Of a stretch of DNA of 64,000 nucleotides, positions 1 through 8,320 are shown in pieces. A program made the translations under genes and the position numbers. The first letter of the stretch is position 1; each line of letters opens with the position of its first letter. The notes under the pieces are model-generated. The model was not told the DNA's origin, made no database searches, and saw nothing but the letters and a program-made list of their open reading frames with translations. The stretch lies in sequence record LC494302.1, one strand, 5' to 3'.

Positions 1-1
1 A

Positions 2-598
2 AAATTACTACTATCTCAACCAAATCTAGAAATTTATCATTATGATGCAGAGAGTGACTTGCATTATCAGAATTTTGATAATAAATTAATGGTCACCCCA
101 TCTGGCATTTTCACAACGGTAAAACCCACATCAGTTTCTGAAAATGTACTTACACCATACGAAACCCCGCTCTTGGGTCATGTACAAATTTTCTTTAAGG
201 ATGGTACTATTACTCCAAAATTGGAGGGTTCATCTATTCAAACTGTTCTTAACTTAGAATCTGGGTTGATATTTAACATTCCTTATGAAAAGCCAATTGT
301 TTTATTAGGTAAAAATCAATCAGCACCATCAGGGAATCAAAATGCTGTTTGGTATACACCCGATGATATTGATTTCATTTCAGTACTGACAGAATATGAT
401 CCTAATACTTGGCATGAAACATGGGAAAATATGTCATATGATGAAGCAATTGAATGTGGTAAAAATTTAGCCAAAATGTTATTTCCACAAAAAGAAGAAC
501 TTTCACAAGAACAAATTGATTCATTTTCTAAAGATTTTCCTGATTCTGAATTCAATGTAAAAGTATCACCTTCTATGATTGATAAAATTGAAAAATAA
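2..598 (+). CDS. Hypothetical protein, 5'-truncated by the window edge; paralog of 1334-1918
   Basis: Frame is open from base 2 (KLLLSQPNLEIYHY...). Shares LLxxPxxEIYH, TPSGxF, WxYTPxD and MxYxEA motifs with 1334-1918. Confidence 0.8.
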   Translation, partial: KLLLSQPNLEIYHYDAESDLHYQNFDNKLMVTPSGIFTTVKPTSVSENVLTPYETPLLGHVQIFFKDGTITPKLEGSSIQTVLNLESGLIFNIPYEKPIVLLGKNQSAPSGNQNAVWYTPDDIDFISVLTEYDPNTWHETWENMSYDEAIECGKNLAKMLFPQKEELSQEQIDSFSKDFPDSEFNVKVSPSMIDKIEK

Positions 599-610
599 AA
601 GAGGTTGAAC

Positions 611-964
611 ATGAGTGATTACCGCGTAACATCTGGACTAATGGCCCGTCTTATTGAAGCAGTTCCTGAAGATGATTATGAAGCTATTTCAGATCGTCTT
701 TTTGACGCAGATTCTAAACTCCATATTACATATGATGGTGCATTGATTTACAGTACTGATATTGATATGTCTAGTTATGAATTTGAGATTTCTTTTGGTA
801 ACAAACTAACTACTGAAGAATTCGCTCAAAAATGTGAGCGTGAAGGGTTGTGTATTGATATTAGTTCAGTTCAGCCATATACATCACTGTGGTATGATGG
901 TGCTGATAGTCCAATGTCTACTACATCTTTACAGGATTTTCTAAATGCAAATCAAAAAGATTAA
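611..964 (+). CDS. Hypothetical protein
   Basis: GAGG 601-604 precedes ATG 611; acidic 117-aa ORF in a co-oriented run. Confidence 0.75.
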   Translation: MSDYRVTSGLMARLIEAVPEDDYEAISDRLFDADSKLHITYDGALIYSTDIDMSSYEFEISFGNKLTTEEFAQKCEREGLCIDISSVQPYTSLWYDGADSPMSTTSLQDFLNANQKD

Positions 965-1337
965 ATTCCACCAGCATTGTTCTATACATGAATGTGATGA
1001 TTGTGGTATACAAATGAGTGACATTTATACAGTTTCCTGTAAAGGTTTCAAATTCACTCACGGTGAACCTGCTTATTGTTATGGTACAGAAGAAGGTGAT
1101 ATCGAAGTAGTACTGAAAGAATTGTTCCAATACTTGCAAAGTGTAGGTCATGATGTTACAATACCCACATATTATGAAGATGATTATGATGCACATGTAG
1201 AAGAAAATACATATTATAATCAATTCGTTTATGGTAATGGTTTTATCACATACCTACATGAGAATGGTATTGAGGTAAAAACTAAGTACACCAGTGATGA
1301 TTATGATGATGATAATTCTATGGAGATTGAAGATTGA
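945..1337 (+). CDS. Hypothetical protein (start uncertain; contains CxxC)
   Basis: 130-aa ORF overlapping both neighbours; HECDDCG motif. Confidence 0.65.
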   Translation: MQIKKIKFHQHCSIHECDDCGIQMSDIYTVSCKGFKFTHGEPAYCYGTEEGDIEVVLKELFQYLQSVGHDVTIPTYYEDDYDAHVEENTYYNQFVYGNGFITYLHENGIEVKTKYTSDDYDDDNSMEIED

Positions 1338-1918
1338 AAGCAAAAGACTTAGCAGCACTGTTGTTGCAGAATCCTGAAATGGAAGTGTATCATGAGCACA
1401 TGCACATTGATGACATGTGTGACGCTTACTATTCACCAGAAAATGTGTCTGGTATTGAAATTACCCCTAGTGGAGTATTCATCAGTACTGAACGTATTGA
1501 TTATAATTCCCAGCAAGAAATCAAAACTCCACATAATAAACCTCGCATTGGTACAATTGACCTAGTATTTCATCAGGACCGTTTGGTGGAATATGATGAA
1601 GACGATGGTACTACCCGAACTGATGTTGAGAATGTTGTTTTTCGTTTTTATAATGCATACGAAGACCCAACTACTGGAGAAGATTTCTTCCGTGAGCTAT
1701 TAGAGGATGGAGAAGTTTATGGTCAGGATGGTACGGTTTTTGTACTGGACCCTAACTATGAGCCAGATCACAATACATGGCAATTCTATACACCAGAAGA
1801 TGTAATGGAAGTTAAAGTACTTATCGATATTGACGATAAATGGAATCCTATGTATACTTCAATGACATATGAAGAAGCCAAAGAATACTTCGTTTCTAAA
1901 CTAAACATTACAAAATAA
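1334..1918 (+). CDS. Hypothetical protein, paralog of 2-598
   Basis: TTGA start/stop overlap with the upstream gene, GGAG upstream, and shared motifs with 2-598. Confidence 0.8.
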   Translation: MKAKDLAALLLQNPEMEVYHEHMHIDDMCDAYYSPENVSGIEITPSGVFISTERIDYNSQQEIKTPHNKPRIGTIDLVFHQDRLVEYDEDDGTTRTDVENVVFRFYNAYEDPTTGEDFFRELLEDGEVYGQDGTVFVLDPNYEPDHNTWQFYTPEDVMEVKVLIDIDDKWNPMYTSMTYEEAKEYFVSKLNITK

Positions 1919-1935
1919 TAAGGATTCACAAATTT

Positions 1936-2217
1936 ATGAAAATTGTTGCAAGTGCATGGATGAAACTACCAGATGGTACAACTGCTTTTGAAGAATATGG
2001 CTTTGTTGAAAGTGTCGATGAATTAAAGCGTTTCAAGTGTGAAAATGATGATGATGTTTTTGATATTGTATTTGTATATCATCATATTCCTAATGATACT
2101 GATTATGAACATTATTATTATCATCCTGATTTGTTGGAAACACTTGTATGCGACAACTATCATGAAATTGATGAAAATACAGCTTTACTAATGTTGAGTA
2201 CCGTATCTCCGGTATAA
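1936..2217 (+). CDS. Hypothetical protein
   Basis: AAGGA RBS, 93-aa ORF. Confidence 0.75.
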   Translation: MKIVASAWMKLPDGTTAFEEYGFVESVDELKRFKCENDDDVFDIVFVYHHIPNDTDYEHYYYHPDLLETLVCDNYHEIDENTALLMLSTVSPV

Positions 2218-2225
2218 GGAGTAAT

Positions 2226-2705
2226 ATGTATAATCTTATAATTATCCGCGAACCATATGAATCTGACAACAGTTCAACTGATGGTGAGGTTTTAGTATAT
2301 CAAAGTTATGAACAAAGTGGCATTGAACATGAATTAAAAGATTATTTACGTCAACATATATATCTATATCGTACAGAACCACGTGAACAGTATGGAGATA
2401 TAATGTTTATCGTAACTCATAATGGTGCAGTAATTGAACATGTAAATATGACAAATAACATGTATTTTCATAATTACACTGACACGTCTAAAGAATTAGG
2501 AAACGATTTCAAGTCTGTTTTCGATGCATTGCGTATCAATTTTTTTAAAAATGACAAATTCTGTACTGATATTAGATTAGAAGAAGCAAATACAAAAAAG
2601 AAACTTTCTCGAAAATACGAGAGTGATAGAAAAAAAGAACAAGAGATTCAGCGTTTACACGAATTGATGAAAAAATACCCTAATGAGGTACAACATGGCT
2701 CTTAG
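2226..2705 (+). CDS. Hypothetical protein
   Basis: AGGAG RBS, 159-aa ORF with charged C-terminal helix. Confidence 0.75.
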   Translation: MYNLIIIREPYESDNSSTDGEVLVYQSYEQSGIEHELKDYLRQHIYLYRTEPREQYGDIMFIVTHNGAVIEHVNMTNNMYFHNYTDTSKELGNDFKSVFDALRINFFKNDKFCTDIRLEEANTKKKLSRKYESDRKKEQEIQRLHELMKKYPNEVQHGS

Positions 2706-3033
2706 AGGTTCAAATCAATATAAATGTATTGCAGAGATCAGGAAGAAAGATGGAACACTTGTAGACCGAGCATTGAAGCAAGAATATAAAGAATTACGTG
2801 ATGTGGTACATAATGATAGTTATGGTGGGATGCGTCGTCAAAAAATTTATGAATATCTAAAGAAAGGTTTAGAAATTCAGGTTAATGGTCTTCATTGCAT
2901 TCAAACAAAAAACGATCCTGATATTCTACGTTTGTTGAAAGAAGATAAGATTGAAATGTTTAATGTTCCTATTTCATTCTATGGTAATAAACTAAAATGT
3001 AAGCATACTTTCTTGAGGATTAAAAATGGTTGA
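2695..3033 (+). CDS. Hypothetical basic protein
   Basis: GAGG before ATG 2695 within ORF 2683-3033. Confidence 0.7.
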   Translation: MALRGSNQYKCIAEIRKKDGTLVDRALKQEYKELRDVVHNDSYGGMRRQKIYEYLKKGLEIQVNGLHCIQTKNDPDILRLLKEDKIEMFNVPISFYGNKLKCKHTFLRIKNG

Positions 3034-3250
3034 TTCATTTATGAAAAAAATCTTTAAAAAATTACTATCTGGATTTGAAAAAGCAGTAAGTCTTATTTTC
3101 AGTTCAGTTGTAATGGTTATTACAGTACTGGCGTTTTCTCTAGTACTGCATTTTGTACCATTCTGGTTAATCTTTATTGTACTTATTGCTCTGCTAGGTG
3201 CACATGTTTATTATGTTTACCGTGACGCATTGGATGATGATAACGATTAA
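3026..3250 (+). CDS. Small membrane protein (two predicted TM segments)
   Basis: Long hydrophobic stretch AVSLIF...LIALLGAHVYYVY. Confidence 0.7.
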   Translation: MVDSFMKKIFKKLLSGFEKAVSLIFSSVVMVITVLAFSLVLHFVPFWLIFIVLIALLGAHVYYVYRDALDDDND

Positions 3251-3258
3251 ATGTATTT

Positions 3259-3283
3259 GACCTCACTATGTGGGGTCTTTTTT
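3259..3283 (+). terminator. Rho-independent terminator
   Basis: GACCTCAC-tat-GTGGGGTC (one G.U pair) followed by T6. Confidence 0.75.
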
Positions 3284-3295
3284 AAGGAAAATTAT

Positions 3296-3748
3296 ATGCT
3301 TATAGAAACAGCAACATTTAAGCGTTTTATTGACGTATGTCGTGATACGTGTTTTTGTTATCTTTCATCACAAGAACAGTTCGATGCAATGAGTGATGTG
3401 TTAGGTTATCGCCGTTCGGTATTGATGTATTTTGATGGTCCTTTGATTGAAGTTCATGATGATGTGTATTCCCTACAATATGTATCAATTAACAATGCGT
3501 TCATTTTTATTGCTGACTCGTACTCAATTGTAGTTGAGGAACGTGGTAAAGGTATACCAACAACACACTATATTGATTGTCAAAGAACTGATTGTGTTTA
3601 TAGTTCTGGACTAATACAAACACCAATTCCATATCCTAGCATTTATATAAACACACTCCATCAAGAAATAATTGAGTACTGTAATAGTATTTCTGATACA
3701 GATACACAGTATTTTCCTATTGTATTATTGAAAGGAGTTAGAACATGA
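3296..3748 (+). CDS. Hypothetical protein
   Basis: AAGGA RBS before ATG 3296, downstream of the terminator; ATGA overlap with the next gene. Confidence 0.7.
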   Translation: MLIETATFKRFIDVCRDTCFCYLSSQEQFDAMSDVLGYRRSVLMYFDGPLIEVHDDVYSLQYVSINNAFIFIADSYSIVVEERGKGIPTTHYIDCQRTDCVYSSGLIQTPIPYPSIYINTLHQEIIEYCNSISDTDTQYFPIVLLKGVRT

Positions 3749-4134
3749 GATGGAAGAAACGTCACATTAAGCGTTTTGACAAAATAATTAAAAAATATTA
3801 CTCACATAAGTTAGATCCGATGAATCTTCAGCTAAGGACCAGTATTTTTGATAGACGTTATCCGCAGTGTTTAGCATCGTACAGTCGTAAGCGTTCCAAG
3901 AATGAATACCAGGTGTATCGTTATGATTTATCTGAATTGTTTTTGAATACTCGTGTATCAGTACCAATCAAGCTGTACTCAAGGGTAAAACGAAGTAGGG
4001 TTCAAGATATTACATATGGATATCTTATGATTGAAATCGACGACATCAATGAAAAAACTGGCAGAAATTACAGTACTTTATGTCTGGAAAACCATGATTC
4101 AATAAAAAGAATCATAGAAGAGTTGGGAAAGTGA
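3745..4134 (+). CDS. Hypothetical basic protein
   Basis: ATGA-coupled 129-aa ORF. Confidence 0.7.
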   Translation: MRWKKRHIKRFDKIIKKYYSHKLDPMNLQLRTSIFDRRYPQCLASYSRKRSKNEYQVYRYDLSELFLNTRVSVPIKLYSRVKRSRVQDITYGYLMIEIDDINEKTGRNYSTLCLENHDSIKRIIEELGK

Positions 4135-4163
4135 GATTTTTAGTGCTATAATTGGAGATGAGT

Positions 4164-4508
4164 ATGAAATACATCGATAAAGGTACAGTGGAGACACAGT
4201 ACTGGAATATCCATATTGCTGGTGATATTCAAACAGCAAGAGAGTACACAAGAAAATTTGCGTTTAAGCATGGCTTTTGTGTACAATTAATTCCCTGTGA
4301 ATATATCTACACTGGCGGTCTTGAAAGTGGGATGTGTGCTCGTATTATTCAGTACCCACGCTTTCCAAAAGAAGAAGTATATCTCAACCGAGATGTATTA
4401 AACTATGCAAAGGGTTTAGCTGAAGAGTTGTGTCAAAAGAGCTTTACTATAGAGCGAAATAATGATACAATTTATTATGAAAGTGATGAACCTTTACACA
4501 AGAAATAA
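4164..4508 (+). CDS. Conserved phage hypothetical protein
   Basis: GGAG 4154-4157 then ATG 4164; YTGGLESG...YPRFP motif resembles a common phage family. Confidence 0.7.
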   Translation: MKYIDKGTVETQYWNIHIAGDIQTAREYTRKFAFKHGFCVQLIPCEYIYTGGLESGMCARIIQYPRFPKEEVYLNRDVLNYAKGLAEELCQKSFTIERNNDTIYYESDEPLHKK

Positions 4509-4519
4509 AAGGAAAATAT

Positions 4520-4651
4520 ATGAATGGACTAAAGAAATTTGGTAAAGATTTTCTAAAATGTATACGCTATACATATGATGCAAACCCAGAAATGACTGCT
4601 ATTGTGGGTGTGTTTATTACACTTGTTGTATTAAGTTTTATTGTGGTGTAA
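4520..4651 (+). CDS. 43-aa membrane protein not in the ORF track
   Basis: AAGGA RBS; MNGLKKFGKDFLKCIRYTYDANPEMTAIVGVFITLVVLSFIVV with a C-terminal TM segment. Confidence 0.65.
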   Translation: MNGLKKFGKDFLKCIRYTYDANPEMTAIVGVFITLVVLSFIVV

Positions 4652-4655
4652 AAGT

Positions 4656-4859
4656 ATGATTGAAATTAATGCTGATATATATTGTAGTGCATCACCCAAT
4701 TACTTCATTTATGCACTAAGTACATTTGGTGAAACTGAAGGTGAAACTTTTGTTTTAGTAGAGAATACTACATGGTTCAAAACAAGTAATAAAATTCCGA
4801 AAGATGTTTTGGAAACATATGTTCGTATTGAAAATAAAAACATATATGTAATTTTATAG
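4656..4859 (+). CDS. Hypothetical protein
   Basis: ATG 4656 directly after the stop at 4651, in the frame of ORF 4641-4859. Confidence 0.6.
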   Translation: MIEINADIYCSASPNYFIYALSTFGETEGETFVLVENTTWFKTSNKIPKDVLETYVRIENKNIYVIL

Positions 4860-4866
4860 GTAACAT

Positions 4867-5277
4867 ATGATTGAAATGGAAGGAACTCTGGTGTATGATC
4901 CAGAACGTGGCACTATGAAAAAGAAGAAGGACTTCTGGTTAGTACTACAACTTCCATTACAGTTGGTTCGATACTACCAGTACTTCATCAGAACTGACTT
5001 ACATATTGATATTAAAGACCCACAATGGGGAGCACATGTCAGTATCGTTCGTGGTGAAGTGCCACCAAATCCAGAGTACTGGAAAAAGTACGATGGAATG
5101 AAAGTAAAGATAAAGTTCAATCCTTGTATTGAGATAGTAAAAGATAAAAAGAATCCAGGTTCATTCTTTATCATTGAATTTGAAGATGATTTCATCACAC
5201 ATATTAGAAATGAACTAGGACTACCAACCAAGTACTTTAAATATCACATCACTGTAGGTAGAACTTACTACGATTAA
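4867..5277 (+). CDS. 2H phosphoesterase superfamily protein
   Basis: Two Hx(S/T) motifs: GAHVSIVRGE and YHITVG. Confidence 0.75.
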   Translation: MIEMEGTLVYDPERGTMKKKKDFWLVLQLPLQLVRYYQYFIRTDLHIDIKDPQWGAHVSIVRGEVPPNPEYWKKYDGMKVKIKFNPCIEIVKDKKNPGSFFIIEFEDDFITHIRNELGLPTKYFKYHITVGRTYYD

Positions 5278-5301
5278 TGTGGTTTTTACAGTAAATATGT
5301 C

Positions 5302-5329
5302 TTGTAATAAAATAAAAATATGCTATACT
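5302..5329 (+). promoter_or_regulatory. Sigma70-type promoter
   Basis: TTGTAA-N16-TATACT with TG before the -10 box. Confidence 0.55.
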
Positions 5330-5445
5330 ACTTAAACATTTGAAAAGAACGTTTTTGTACTGTAGAAAGTCCGATGAGGCTTTTGCAAATGGCCTCTTTG
5401 CCATCTTTGTGATTGCCCATCTTAACAATCAACAAAGGAGGCGTT

Positions 5446-6372
5446 TTGAAACAAGCGAAAAAAGCACTGAAAACTAAGACTACTTATGGTGTTCTAGTTT
5501 GCACAGTACTTGTCGCTGCGATTGGATTTTATGGTTTTTCTCAAAATGATCGTGTATCATCATCGGACGAAAGTCAGGTACACAATTTAAAACCACAAGT
5601 TACGCAAATTCAAAAGCAGGAATTACCAAAGGTAGAAATATCAAAGGATGTTCCACGCGGCGAGAAGCATTATACGGTTCAACCTGGTGATAGTTATTAT
5701 TCTATTGCTAAAAAGTTTAAACCTAAAAATGTACAACTTGAAGAGTATGTTATTTTGTTGAAAAATATCAATTTAAATGCTACTCTTCATACTTCTCAGG
5801 GTATCTTTATCCCAACAAAAGAGGATTTGAAGAACGTATTGTTACCAGATGTGACTGTACTGTTTGATTATAATGATCCAGAAATTGTCAATCACATCAA
5901 AGAAGCTGAAGGTTCAATTGAATTTCAGTCCAAGAACAAACGCCGTTTACTTGGTGGGAAAGTCGGAGTTCCTTTCCACAATTCTAAATTTCATCCCTAC
6001 AAGGACATGAAAGGTAATTATACAATAGGTTATGGGCATTATTTGGGTAGAAAAGAATCTGATGCGATTAAGTACAGAAACGGTATTACCAAAGCTCAAG
6101 CCAATAAACTTTTAATGCAAGATATGAAAAGAACATATAATGACTTTTTATTATTGATGCAGAAAAAAGAAGCAGTAAATCTGACCAAAGAACAACAACG
6201 TATTCTTTATGAAATGTCCTATACAATGGGTGTTGATAAATTAGCAACGTTTAATAAACTTTGGAAAAGTGTGAAAAATGATAACCCTAAGAAATTTAAA
6301 AAAGAAATTATGAATTCCTTATGGTATCGTCAAGTTACAAACCGAGCAGATTTGTTGTTAAGTTCACTCTAA
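5446..6372 (+). CDS. Membrane-anchored LysM plus T4-lysozyme-family (GH24) muramidase
   Basis: GGAGG then TTG 5446. N-terminal TM, LysM (YTVQPGDSYYSIAKKF), catalytic region IKEAEG...YKDMKGNYTIGYGH, and C-terminal MNSLWYRQVTNRA as in T4 gp e. Confidence 0.85.
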   Translation: MKQAKKALKTKTTYGVLVCTVLVAAIGFYGFSQNDRVSSSDESQVHNLKPQVTQIQKQELPKVEISKDVPRGEKHYTVQPGDSYYSIAKKFKPKNVQLEEYVILLKNINLNATLHTSQGIFIPTKEDLKNVLLPDVTVLFDYNDPEIVNHIKEAEGSIEFQSKNKRRLLGGKVGVPFHNSKFHPYKDMKGNYTIGYGHYLGRKESDAIKYRNGITKAQANKLLMQDMKRTYNDFLLLMQKKEAVNLTKEQQRILYEMSYTMGVDKLATFNKLWKSVKNDNPKKFKKEIMNSLWYRQVTNRADLLLSSL

Positions 6373-6388
6373 AAAAGGAAGGTGAAGT

Positions 6389-6721
6389 ATGCTAAATCTA
6401 AATATTCAAGGCAACGTTGATATCACTCCAGCAATCCAAGATGCTATTTACAATGAAGCAAAAAGTCTGGATAAGTACCGTACTTCTTCAGTACTAGACA
6501 TTGGTGTTCATGTTAAGAAAGAGCATAAAACTCAATATGCTGTAACTTTAACTGCTGGTAGTAAATCAGTAACTGCTGATGATGCTGATTTGTATAAAGC
6601 AATTGTTGAATCTTTTGATAAGATGGAAACTGTATTCAGTAAAGACAAAAGCATTAAATTACACCGCCGAAACCATCCAGAACACCCAGTTCTTGATGAT
6701 TTGACAGAAAACGAAGAGTAA
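6389..6721 (+). CDS. hpf: Ribosome hibernation factor HPF/RaiA (S30AE family) homolog
   Basis: MLNLNIQGNVDITPAIQD and DADLYKAIVESFDKMETVFSKDK align with E. coli HPF (MQLNITGNNVEITEALRE; GQDMYAAIDGLIDKLARQLTKHK). Confidence 0.75.
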   Translation: MLNLNIQGNVDITPAIQDAIYNEAKSLDKYRTSSVLDIGVHVKKEHKTQYAVTLTAGSKSVTADDADLYKAIVESFDKMETVFSKDKSIKLHRRNHPEHPVLDDLTENEE

Positions 6722-6729
6722 TATATACT

Positions 6730-6760
6730 AAAGGGACAGATTAATTCTGTCCCTTTTCTT
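6730..6760 (+). terminator. Rho-independent terminator
   Basis: AAAGGGACAGA-ttaat-TCTGTCCCTTT then T-rich. Confidence 0.85.
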
Positions 6761-6774
6761 ATGGAGTTTTAATT

Positions 6775-7170
6775 ATGAATTATTCCTGGATGGAAATTGT
6801 AAAATCTCTAATATCAACACATGATATGGACTTACCTGAACACCTAGTTATTAATAGATGGTACTATCCATATCCAGATAACCGTTGTGTTGGGATTGGA
6901 TTTTTTATTAATGAAAAATCTCAATATATTGGATTAATTGAAGATTATACAAAAACCAACATTGCGTTCTCTATTGAGTTGAATGTAGATCACATAAAAT
7001 ACTACACCAATAAAATGGACGAAGACGATGGTGATGTTATAATTCCAGCAGAAATAGACGAAGCTTCATTTTTTCAGTTATCATTAATTCATGATGTATC
7101 TGATATTACTTATGATAATGTGAAAGACCTTTTTATATTGTACAATAAACTGTATAATTACTTTTTATAA
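6775..7170 (+). CDS. Hypothetical protein, distant member of the 7366/7763 family
   Basis: GGAG RBS; C-terminal IPAEIDEASFFQLSLIHDVSDITY resembles LPxxxxEEEFLQYxFIDDTFGIDF. Confidence 0.7.
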   Translation: MNYSWMEIVKSLISTHDMDLPEHLVINRWYYPYPDNRCVGIGFFINEKSQYIGLIEDYTKTNIAFSIELNVDHIKYYTNKMDEDDGDVIIPAEIDEASFFQLSLIHDVSDITYDNVKDLFILYNKLYNYFL

Positions 7171-7183
7171 TGGAGATAAATTT

Positions 7184-7369
7184 ATGGAATATACAATATG
7201 TATAGTTATATGTATCATATCCTTACTAGTCGGGGTTGGTGTGATGATTTATTGTGATGCAGAACCCAGTACAGAAACAGGAACAACTATTGAACTTAAG
7301 CCTGGTATTAAGGTAAATGATTCATATTGTTACGATCCACATAGTAATAAGTATGTGATTTGTCTATGA
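7184..7369 (+). CDS. Small membrane protein
   Basis: GGAG RBS; N-terminal hydrophobic helix. Confidence 0.7.
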   Translation: MEYTICIVICIISLLVGVGVMIYCDAEPSTETGTTIELKPGIKVNDSYCYDPHSNKYVICL

Positions 7370-7776
7370 AAAAGTTTGATATTAAACCTATGATTGATGC
7401 TATCGAAATTAAATTAAAAAATACTAAAAAGCCAGATAGTACAGGTTTGTTCTTTAGTTTAGATAAAATGTATTATGAAACACACGTGTCAAGTTATGAT
7501 AGAACAGGAAATCTCTTCATCCGTACATATAACATATTTTATAGTGAAGATGTTTTTATGATAGATATAAATCTGGATGAAAGTATAGTGTTGATGTATA
7601 TTGAGGATGTTCAATCAACAGAACAACGAAAAGGGACTCTTCCTATTGCAGCTACAGAGGAAGAGTTTTTGCAATATCAGTTCATTGATGATACCTTTGG
7701 CATTGACTTTGATACATATCAGAGTATAATGAGGGTATACAAACTTTATGAGGATTATGTGATTGGACGTTACTAA
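7366..7776 (+). CDS. Hypothetical protein, paralog of 7763-8185
   Basis: ATGA overlap; shares KGTLP...QYxFIDDTFGIDxxxYQxI with 7763-8185. Confidence 0.8.
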   Translation: MKKFDIKPMIDAIEIKLKNTKKPDSTGLFFSLDKMYYETHVSSYDRTGNLFIRTYNIFYSEDVFMIDINLDESIVLMYIEDVQSTEQRKGTLPIAATEEEFLQYQFIDDTFGIDFDTYQSIMRVYKLYEDYVIGRY

Positions 7777-8185
7777 AATTCCAAAATTTAATGAAACGTT
7801 AAAGTACTTTGCTGAACACGAAATCAGTACTGAAAGACGTGGTTTAGTTACATATAATCAACATCGTGTTATGTACACTAATAATTTTCAGGGTACTGTT
7901 CGTATTAAATTTCGTAATGCACTCGACGACAATGATGAATTGTTAATTTTACTAAGAAAAAGTAAGATTGAATTGACATACGCAACTCACCATATTGAAA
8001 GTGAGTTGATGTGGCACACCCTATCAAAAAAAGAAGGGACATTACCAGTTGATGATAATGGGCCAGAAGCACTTGATCAGTACATGTTCATTGATGATAC
8101 ATTTGGCATTGACTATTCTGCATATCAGTGTATACTAGCTATACACGAAAAATATTACGACCGTCTACGTGACAGATTAATTTAA
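7763..8185 (+). CDS. Hypothetical protein, paralog of 7366-7776
   Basis: GAGGA before the TTG start; shared C-terminal motif also visible at DNA level. Confidence 0.8.
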   Translation: MDVTKIPKFNETLKYFAEHEISTERRGLVTYNQHRVMYTNNFQGTVRIKFRNALDDNDELLILLRKSKIELTYATHHIESELMWHTLSKKEGTLPVDDNGPEALDQYMFIDDTFGIDYSAYQCILAIHEKYYDRLRDRLI

Positions 8186-8196
8186 TTGGAGGCATT

Positions 8197-8319
8197 ATGA
8201 TTGCTATGTTAGAAGAAGATTGGGGTGTTTCCGAGCAAGGCACTGATGAATATGAATACCCAGAATATAAGCCCAAAGGCTTATGGGAACGTTTGCGTGA
8301 TTGGTTGATGGGGGAATAA
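8197..8319 (+). CDS. 40-aa protein not in the ORF track
   Basis: GGAGG RBS at 8188-8192; MIAMLEEDWGVSEQGTDEYEYPEYKPKGLWERLRDWLMGE; fills the gap before cca. Confidence 0.65.
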   Translation: MIAMLEEDWGVSEQGTDEYEYPEYKPKGLWERLRDWLMGE

Positions 8320-8320
8320 T

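Noticed and set aside
5363-5400. GAAA/CCGATGAG resembling a hammerhead ribozyme core
   Set aside because: The core is CCGATGA rather than CTGATGA, and I could not build the three stems.
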